A stretch of DNA of 32,000 bases from Methanothermobacter thermautotrophicus str. Delta H. GTDB taxonomy: Archaea; Methanobacteriota; Methanobacteria; Methanobacteriales; Methanothermobacteraceae. The translations under genes and the position numbers were made by a program. Below are positions 1 through 7,736 of this stretch, one piece after another; positions within the stretch are counted from its first letter, which is position 1; each line of letters opens with the position of its first letter. The notes below the pieces were generated by a model that saw only the letters and a program-made list of their open reading frames with translations, did no database searches and was not told where the DNA came from. The stretch is taken from positions 1,470,001-1,502,000 of the forward strand of contig NC_000916.1 in the NCBI RefSeq assembly GCF_000008645.1, read 5' to 3'.

Positions 1-1730
1 GCCCGCTGGTTCACAGGCGGGAAATTCAACATCACATACAGTGCCCTTGACAGGCATGTTATGGGTCCTGAGAGAAACAGGGTGGCATATATATGGGAGG
101 GTGAGGATGGTAGCGTCCGGAAGCTCACCTACTATGACCTCTACAGGGAGGTTAACCGCCTGGCCAATGCCCTTAAGGATATGGGTGTCTCAAGGGGGGA
201 CCGCGTCAGCATATACCTCCCCATGATACCGGAACTCCCCATAGCCATGCTCGCCTGTGCACGTATAGGTGCAGTCCACAGTGTAGTGTTCAGCGGCTTC
301 TGGGCCAAGGCCTTCAGGGAGAGGGCTGCAGATGCCGGGGCAAAGGTTGCGATCACTGCAGACGCATTCTACCGCAGGGGTAAGGTAATAAGACTCAAGG
401 AAACCCTTGATATGGTCGCAGATGAGATCCCCTCCCTTGAGAGGGTCATAGTCGTGAACCGCATGGGGGATGATGTCAGCATGGTGGATGGGAGGGATAT
501 CTACTGGAGCGAGGCTGTTGAGGGCATGGACGATGAATGTCCCTGCCAGGAGCTTGACCCTGAGGATCCCCTCTTCATACTCTACACCTCTGGCACGACG
601 GGTAAACCAAAGGGTGTTGTGCACACCCATGGGGGCTACGCCGTGGGTGTGAGCTCTACCTACAGGTTCGTCTTCGATGTTAAGGACCAGGACATATGGT
701 GGTGTCTGGCTGACATAGGATGGATAACGGGTCACAGCTACATAGTCTACGCCCCCCTCATTGAGGGTGCAACCTCGGTCATCTATGAGGGTGCACCTGA
801 TCACCCGGATCCTGGAAGGATATGGAGCATGGTTGAGAGGTACGGTGTCAGCATCCTCTACACAGCACCCACGACGGTGAGGCTCTTCATGAAATATGGG
901 GACAAGTGGCCTGAGAAGTATGACCTCAGAACACTCAGAATACTGGGGTCCGTTGGGAACCCATAAACCCCGAGGCCTGGATGTGGTACTACCGGACCGT
1001 TGGTGGTGGCAGATGCCCCATCATGGATACCTGGTGGCAGACAGAGACCGGGATGCACATAATAACACCCCTCCCTGTGACACCCCTGAAGCCGGGTTCC
1101 GCAGGAAAACCATTCCCCACGGTGATAGCCGACGTTGTGGATGATGAGGGGAGGAGTCTGCGTGGAAGCGGAGGCCACCTTGTGATAAAAACACCGTGGC
1201 CTGCAATGTTCAGGACACTCTTCAGGGAGCCTGAGAGGTATGTGGATGCCTACTGGAGCACATTTCCGGGCATCTACCTCAGCGGTGATGTTGCAAGGAT
1301 AGATGAGGATGGTTACTTCTGGATCCAGGGCAGGGAGGACGATGTCCTCAACGTTGCAGGGCACAGGATAAGCACTGCAGAGGTTGAATCAGCCCTTGTG
1401 AGCCATCCTGATGTTGTTGAGGCTGCGGTGGTTGGAAAACCTGACATCCTCAGGGGAGAGGAGATAGCGGCCTTCGTTACTCTGAGGGATAAAGTGGAGC
1501 CCACACCCCGCCTCAAGGGTGTTCTGCGTGAACATGTGCGGAGGGAGATAGGTCCCATTGCAAGTCCCAGTTACATAGAGTTCGTTGAGGACCTTCCAAA
1601 GACAAGGTCAGGTAAGATAATGAGGAGGGTGATAAAGGCCATTGTGAGGGGTGAGGATGTGGGTGATGTCAGCACCCTCTCAAACCCGGAATCAGTGAGT
1701 ATGCTGGAGGACAGGGTCCGTACATTCTGA
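1..1730 (+). pseudogene. acs: AMP-forming acetyl-CoA synthetase, 5' truncated by the window edge and interrupted by a 1-nt frameshift near 954-960
   Basis: Frame 1 from base 1 reads ARWFTGGKFNITYSALDRHVMGPERNRVAYIWEGEDG... up to a TAA at 964. It contains the AMP-binding motif YTSGTTGKPKG. Frame 3 continues [32 protein letters not shown]...[24 protein letters not shown] to 1730, the expected C-terminal half with the [11 protein letters not shown] motif. Confidence 0.93.
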
Positions 1731-1760
1731 TGATGTCATCAGACAATTCTTTTTTATCGG

Positions 1761-1850
1761 AGAATCAGTACTGGTTTTCATGCCAGGCATACCGTTGCCA
1801 GTATGCCATTTGCCGATGGGAGAATCAGTTTTATTGGTTTTCATGCAGGT
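1761..1850. repeat. Imperfect direct repeat (gagaatcagt...ttggttttcatgc) flanking a small hairpin
   Basis: agaatcagta-ctggttttcatgccagg (about 1761-1787) and agaatcagttttat-tggttttcatgcaggt (about 1821-1850), separated by ggcatac(1786-1792)-cgttgcca-gtatgcc(1801-1807), a perfect 7-bp inverted repeat. Confidence 0.55.
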
Positions 1851-2069
1851 TTTATTTTTCATCCGCGCCGCTTTCAGTTCATCAGAGGCCCGTATTTTTT
1901 GGAGAGCTTATGATGTCGTCCTGGAAGTTTTTTCGTGGCATTGCTGACTGGGAGGGCTGTCCATGAACTTTCACTCTGACCACTCAGTAAAAACTGGCCT
2001 CAGAGCCTATCTGGTTTTAGCGTACAATCAGAATCTTCATTAAACCACAATGGAACTTATATACTAATT

Positions 2070-2441
2070 ATTAAATTCATAGCACGTTAAAAAATCTTAA
2101 AATTAAATTTAAATTGTTTAAATAAGCTATATGCTCAATTGGAGCCCATTCGTCCAGTCGTTTATGAGCCATTTTTCAGCTTCCTGTTATAATAACTTGA
2201 TGTTATTTTAAGCTTCTTTAAGGATTAGAGGTTTTAATATCAATTATATGATTATTTATCTTGCTAAAATTCTTTTTAGATTATTTTAAATAGTTTAAAT
2301 CTCTTATTTATGGATTTTAAGGCCTTCTGTTAAGTCGTCTATCCATATAAATGGAGTGCATTATCAGGGATCGACAAATTTATATGTCTGAAAGGAGAAA
2401 TTTCAGAGCGATAGAGGCCAAATAAAGAAAAAATTGGCCAT
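2070..2441 (+). promoter_or_regulatory. CRISPR leader, AT-rich, immediately upstream of the first repeat (left boundary approximate)
   Basis: Strongly AT-rich, no convincing ORF. It sits on the 5' side given that the repeat ends in ATTGAAAT, the usual 5'-handle side of archaeal type I/III crRNAs. Confidence 0.7.
2376..2410 (+). promoter_or_regulatory. Candidate archaeal promoter for pre-crRNA: TATA element TTTATATG about 55-60 nt upstream of repeat 1
   Basis: cgacaaaTTTATATGtctgaaagg, with the TATA-like element at 2379-2386. Start expected roughly 22-26 nt downstream (about 2408). Inference from archaeal promoter spacing. Confidence 0.5.
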
Positions 2442-5400
2442 GTTAAAATCAGACCAAAATGGGATTGAAATGGTGAAAATACTAACACCCGTAGAAGCCC
2501 TTGAAGAGTTAAAATCAGACCAAAATGGGATTGAAATATTACAATCGTAAGCATTATGGTGAATCGGCTTGTGTTAAAATCAGACCAAAATGGGATTGAA
2601 ATTGAAAACTACGGAATGGTATAAGAATGGTGAGAGAGGTTAAAATCAGACCAAAATGGGATTGAAATGTAAATGCGAACTATTACTATAATAATAACCT
2701 TTATGTTAAAATCAGACCAAAATGGGATTGAAATATATTTACAATTCTAATTTGATTTTTATTTCCCATGAAAGTTAAAATCAGACCAAAATGGGATTGA
2801 AATACTGGAGGAGATGGAAAAGTGCAGCACGAGTGACATCGTTAAAATCAGACCAAAATGGGATTGAAATATGGAGGTGAAAGGAATGGTAGTGAATGAA
2901 AAAATGAGTTAAAATCAGACCAAAATGGGATTGAAATGAAGCAATGAGCTACGCAGTAGGGTGAGAGAGCAGGGTTAAAATCAGACCAAAATGGGATTGA
3001 AATTTATCGTGAAATACTTATTCTTAATCGGTTTTAGGTGTTAAAATCAGACCAAAATGGGATTGAAATTTTATATATAATTTTAACATATCCACAAAAT
3101 AGTACCTATGTTAAAATCAGACCAAAATGGGATTGAAATTTACAAACATCTCTATGGTTTCCAGTGCCATGACGAGTTAAAATCAGACCAAAATGGGATT
3201 GAAATTAAAGCTTCATTTGATTTACCGTCCATTACAAACATGTTAAAATCAGACCAAAATGGGATTGAAATCCAGGAGAGCATCAATGACATGACCAACC
3301 GCCTCAAGGTTAAAATCAGACCAAAATGGGATTGAAATTTATGCTCTTAGGAGCATAGCGACGTAGTCATACAAGTTAAAATCAGACCAAAATGGGATTG
3401 AAATTTATAAAACCAAGAATGGAAGTAATGAATAGGCCATAGTTAAAATCAGACCAAAATGGGATTGAAATTGGGATGTCCTCGATAGGCTGCGAGAGAG
3501 CGCAGCGTTAAAATCAGACCAAAATGGGATTGAAATAAAGGGTGGCGGAGAGTCGGTAGAAACGATGTGCAATGTGTTAAAATCAGACCAAAATGGGATT
3601 GAAATATCAAGCAAATGGTGATCATTATTTCCAGTACTCTTCGTTAAAATCAGACCAAAATGGGATTGAAATTTTATTTGGACTGGTTTGCCGTCGAGGA
3701 AGAATTCGTTAAAATCAGACCAAAATGGGATTGAAATTATTGGTCTCTGTCTCATCCACCGTAACGGTGGTTAAAATCAGACCAAAATGGGATTGAAATT
3801 TTTTTATTACCCAATATTTTTCTTCAATTCTTTCCAGTTAAAATCAGACCAAAATGGGATTGAAATTGGACTGATTTAAGCCCAATGGGGGCTCTCAGGG
3901 CGGGTTAAAATCAGACCAAAATGGGATTGAAATACTGGAAAAAAAGAGTACACCACAATCTACACGTAATAGTTAAAATCAGACCAAAATGGGATTGAAA
4001 TGAATGCGAGGAGGCTTAAAGCCACATTCAAGGGTTAAAATCAGACCAAAATGGGATTGAAATTATTGGTCTCTGTCTCATCCACCGTAACGGTGGTTAA
4101 AATCAGACCAAAATGGGATTGAAATTTTTTTATTACCCAATATTTTTCTTCAATTCTTTCCAGTTAAAATCAGACCAAAATGGGATTGAAATGCTCAATA
4201 AGGGTCGACGTGGCCCCGGAGGCCACGTGTTAAAATCAGACCAAAATGGGATTGAAATTACTGTGCGATCCACAGCTGACAGTGTAATTAAAAGTTAAAA
4301 TCAGACCAAAATGGGATTGAAATTGGACTGATTTAAGCCCAATGGGGGCTCTCAGGGCGGGTTAAAATCAGACCAAAATGGGATTGAAATACTGGAAAAA
4401 AAGAGTACACCACAATCTACACGTAATAGTTAAAATCAGACCAAAATGGGATTGAAATGAATGCGAGGAGGCTTAAAGCCACATTCAAGGGTTAAAATCA
4501 GACCAAAATGGGATTGAAATTGAAGCACTGTGTTGGCTCAATGCTGTCTAAGTGCTTGTTAAAATCAGACCAAAATGGGATTGAAATGGGAATACCTGAA
4601 GAAGATAAACGCATAGAGTTTGCCGAGTTAAAATCAGACCAAAATGGGATTGAAATGCTAGTTCATGGCAGATGAGTTCAGCGAGACCATACGTTAAAAT
4701 CAGACCAAAATGGGATTGAAATTAGATCACGCCCCCAAGCCACCTTAACCCGTCCGCGTTAAAATCAGACCAAAATGGGATTGAAATGTACATTTCGGTG
4801 GCGATTTTTTTCATTTCACCACCGAGTTAAAATCAGACCAAAATGGGATTGAAATATCCGAAACATCTCAGTAGCGATTTTTTTCATTTCGCGTTAAAAT
4901 CAGACCAAAATGGGATTGAAATGAGTATGGAAATAGCTATGGATGGTGGTTTTCAATTGAGTTAAAATCAGACCAAAATGGGATTGAAATTGGCGATCGT
5001 AAGGGCCCTTAACCTGCGACTGGGTTAAAATCAGACCAAAATGGGATTGAAATTAGGAGGGAGGAGTGATCCTCCCCTTTCTTTCTCAGTTAAAATCAGA
5101 CCAAAATGGGATTGAAATTTCTATCACCTCTTATTTTTCTCTCTGGAGCCGTGTTAAAATCAGACCAAAATGGGATTGAAATCTATTTTTTCTTTGTCCT
5201 CTGTGGTTCTTTTGGATTTGTTAAAATCAGACCAAAATGGGATTGAAATTTCTATTTTTCTTTTCTTTCTTTTGTCTTTCTTTCTATGTTAAAATCAGAC
5301 CAAAATGGGATTGAAATAAAATAACACTATCTAAATCATCAAAATCATTTAGTTAAAATCAGACCAAAATGGGATTGAAATTTGAGGATTTCATATGCTT

Positions 5401-5513
5401 CAAAGGGGCTTTTTCCTTGTTAAAATCAGACCAAAATGGGATTGAAATGGACACGCGTATAGCCTGAAGACGACCCTCAGCAGGTTAAAATCAGACCAAA
5501 ATGGGATTGAAAT
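2442..5513 (+). CRISPR. CRISPR array, 47 copies of the 30-nt repeat GTTAAAATCAGACCAAAATGGGATTGAAAT and 46 spacers of 32-40 nt
   Basis: Copies traced one by one from repeat 1 (2442-2471) to repeat 47 (5484-5513). All look identical by eye, including the terminal copy. Spacers are mostly 34-38 nt. Confidence 0.99.
3738..4520 (+). repeat. Segmental duplication inside the CRISPR array: spacers 20-24 (A B C D E) recur as 25,26,29,30,31 (A B [X Y] C D E)
   Basis: Copy 1 3738-4063 (spacers plus repeats). Copy 2 4064-4520, which contains two additional spacer-repeat units at 4193-4323. The spacer pairs read as identical. Confidence 0.97.
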
Positions 5514-5966
5514 TCATTCTTGGTAGCTTCCACTGTACTTTCCTGATCCCTCCACCGGGAATACCACGGCCTGTACTATCCTTTCACCCCTCTTTAGTGT
5601 ATACTCATATTCTCCATGATTATGTAAAAGGAACTGGAGGGTACCCCTGAAACCAGGATCTCCAACGGCGGTTTGAACGGATACAAAGGACCTCAGGAGG
5701 GTTGACCTTGGCAGGTAGAGCATTGCATATCCCTCAGGTATCTCTATCATCCTGTCAACACTTGCAAGGTAAGCTTTGCCTGGCTCAAGTCTGTAGATGG
5801 GCGGCTCAAGCATTTCGAGGGGTGGAAGGTTCTTCTCATCATCAATCAGTGACCCGGGTCCCATCTGTCTGTAAACCTTATCAACCCTCAGGTCAATTCC
5901 AGCTGGCTGGACAAGTTCCTCAAAGTCCGGAAAAAGTTTCTTTAAGAGCTGTTCTCCAATCATCAT
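5514..5966 (-). CDS. dcd: dCTP deaminase / dUTPase family protein (150 aa)
   Basis: MMIGEQLLKKLFPDFEELVQPAGIDLRVDKVY...YLPRSTLLRSFVSVQTAVGDPGFRGTLQFLLHNHG...GERIVQAVVFPVEG. Has the DLR, PRSTLLR and DPGFRG motifs of the dCTP deaminase/dUTPase fold. Confidence 0.88.
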   Translation of the reverse strand: MMIGEQLLKKLFPDFEELVQPAGIDLRVDKVYRQMGPGSLIDDEKNLPPLEMLEPPIYRLEPGKAYLASVDRMIEIPEGYAMLYLPRSTLLRSFVSVQTAVGDPGFRGTLQFLLHNHGEYEYTLKRGERIVQAVVFPVEGSGKYSGSYQE

Positions 5967-6052
5967 GATTCCTCTGCAATTGCTATTTTCTGGTCTCTGA
6001 ATCTATTAAAGGATTTATTATATGAGTATAATACCTATGGGTGGTGATATAG

Positions 6053-6268
6053 TTGCCTGTTATCCAGATAAACTGCAATGAGCTGACAAGGGAAAAGAAG
6101 AGGGAACTCGTAAAGCGTATCACAGAGGTCTCAAGTGAAATTATGGGCCTCCCGGAGTCAACAATAACGGTTCTTATAAGGGAGTTCCCACCGGAGATGT
6201 GGGGGTTGGAGGTTCACTCCTCTGTGACAGGGAGTGAATGGTTCCTCATGGGAGTGTCTCCTCGTTGA
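6053..6268 (+). CDS. 4-oxalocrotonate tautomerase family protein (TTG start)
   Basis: MPVIQINCNELTREKKRELVKRITEVSSEIMGLPESTITVLIREFPPEMWG. Pro directly after the initiator Met is the catalytic residue of this family. Upstream GGTGGTGAT is ribosome-binding-site-like. Confidence 0.88.
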   Translation: MPVIQINCNELTREKKRELVKRITEVSSEIMGLPESTITVLIREFPPEMWGLEVHSSVTGSEWFLMGVSPR

Positions 6269-6373
6269 TACATTCCCCTCTGAGGGAGTGAATGTTCTCC
6301 GGCATGGGCCGAGAAAGCAGAATTCAGAGACTGAGTCTTTATGTGGCCCGGATTATTTTTTTAAGTTCAGATA

Positions 6374-7648
6374 CTATCTTTCAGGTGTTACATCGATAAG
6401 GAATACCGAGGCAATTTCTCGGGAGGGCCTCACAATCTTTAACCTGAACAATTTCGTCCTTCCATGGTGGGGGTAGCTTATCATTTCTTCCAGTTCAACA
6501 TCCCCCATGATGGCCCCCTTGATCTTCTTCAGATCTTCCTCATCAAGACCCCTGAGGACGTCATGGACTCCCAGGGATCCAGAGCATTCCTCCACCCCTG
6601 TTATTATTGAGGCCTCCCTGTTGAGTTCCAGGAGCGCTGGTTCCCCATGGTCCACCTGAAAATTCAGTATTGCAACGGGGGATAATTCAAAGATCCTCTT
6701 AAGAATTCTCTCCCTCTGGGCCGTTCTGGCTACCCTCTCCTCCATCTCCTTCAGGATTTCACGGGATTCAATGTAGAATGACACATCCCCTGCAAGTTCC
6801 ATGAGAAGTTTCACTTCCTCCTCATCGAAGGCATCCCTCTCCCCCGAGTAAACCGTGAGGGCTCCTATGGTCTCACCCTTAACAGTGAGGGGAAGACCAA
6901 TGACTGACATGAATCCCCTCTCAACGGCCCTATCCCTCCAGGGGGTGAATCTGGGATCCTCTCCGGTGTCCCTTATTATGACGGGTTCCCCTTCCCTTAT
7001 TGACCTTCCTGTCGGGCCCTCCCCGTATACGCTATCATCCCACCTGATGGTTACTGAGTCAAGGTAGCCTTCATGGAATCCGTACTCTGCAACGGGCCTC
7101 ACAGACCTCTCCTCATCATTCTCTGCAAGGCCTATCCAGGCCATCCTGTAACCACCGACCTCGACGATGATCCGGCATACCTCTCTCAGAAGTTTTTCAG
7201 GGTCATTTATCCTTACAATGGCCTGGTTACAGTCGCTGAGCATTCTGAGGTTACGGTTAAGTTTTTTTATCTGTAACTGGCTCCGGTGCCTCTGAACCGC
7301 CAGTTCAATGCTGAATAGGAGCTCCTTCTCATCAAAGGGCTTTATCAGGTATCCGTAGGGTTCCACTTCCCTGGCCCTCTCCATGGTGGAGCCCTCTGAG
7401 TGGGCTGATAGAAAAACCACAGGTATGTCAAGGCTACGAATTTCTTTTGCAGCATCAACACCGTTCAGGGGGCCCTTGAGGACTATGTCCATTAAAATTA
7501 GATCAGGGTGGTGCTTCTGTGCAAGTTCAACTGCAGTCTCACCACTGTATGCAACCCCCACAACATCATATCCCCAGAACTCCAGCTTTCTCTGGAGATC
7601 CATCGCCGTTATTGCCTCATCCTCTACAAGGAGTATCCTTACACCCAT
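6374..7648 (-). CDS. Response-regulator receiver (REC) protein with C-terminal GAF and PAS-like sensory regions; start taken at MGVRILLVEDE (ORF extends to 7678)
   Basis: MGVRILLVEDEAITAMDLQRKLEFWGYDVVGVAYSGE...HHPDLILMDIVLKG... receiver domain with the phospho-Asp in LILMDI. A GAF-like segment follows (RMAWIGLAENDEERSVRPVAEYG...MSVIGLPLTVKGETIGALTVYSGE), then a PAS-like segment. Confidence 0.85.
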   Translation of the reverse strand: MGVRILLVEDEAITAMDLQRKLEFWGYDVVGVAYSGETAVELAQKHHPDLILMDIVLKGPLNGVDAAKEIRSLDIPVVFLSAHSEGSTMERAREVEPYGYLIKPFDEKELLFSIELAVQRHRSQLQIKKLNRNLRMLSDCNQAIVRINDPEKLLREVCRIIVEVGGYRMAWIGLAENDEERSVRPVAEYGFHEGYLDSVTIRWDDSVYGEGPTGRSIREGEPVIIRDTGEDPRFTPWRDRAVERGFMSVIGLPLTVKGETIGALTVYSGERDAFDEEEVKLLMELAGDVSFYIESREILKEMEERVARTAQRERILKRIFELSPVAILNFQVDHGEPALLELNREASIITGVEECSGSLGVHDVLRGLDEEDLKKIKGAIMGDVELEEMISYPHHGRTKLFRLKIVRPSREIASVFLIDVTPER

Positions 7649-7736
7649 ATGAAAGTCTCCACATGGGTAATGTGACATGGCTGTATAAAAATTTTTGTAT
7701 TCTGTATTTTATCTGCATGGATGTCCATTAATCAGT

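Noticed and set aside
945-970. Programmed -1 ribosomal frameshift in acs
   Set aside because: The site T-GGG-AAC does not fit a canonical X-XXY-YYZ slippery heptamer in frame and no clear downstream stimulatory structure was seen. A plain indel or sequencing error is simpler.
190-1364. Long minus-strand ORFs (190..804, 858..1364) antisense to acs
   Set aside because: They mirror the codon bias of a well-supported ACS coding sequence and match no known family.
1730-1966. 78-aa plus-strand ORF MMSSDNSFLSENQYWFSCQAYRCQYAICRWENQFYWFSC...
   Set aside because: Composition is not gene-like, no family resemblance, and its internal similarity comes from the direct repeat. Kept only as a repeat observation.
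2339-4298. ORFs across the CRISPR array (2339..2554 -, 3108..3335 +, 3405..3755 -, 4113..4298 +) with recurrent LKSDQNGIEI or FQSHFGLIL peptides
   Set aside because: The recurring peptides are translations of the 30-nt repeat; these are array artefacts, not repeat proteins.
6234-6476. 80-aa plus-strand ORF following the tautomerase gene
   Set aside because: Overlaps the tautomerase 3' end and the regulator gene on the opposite strand; translation has no coding-like features.
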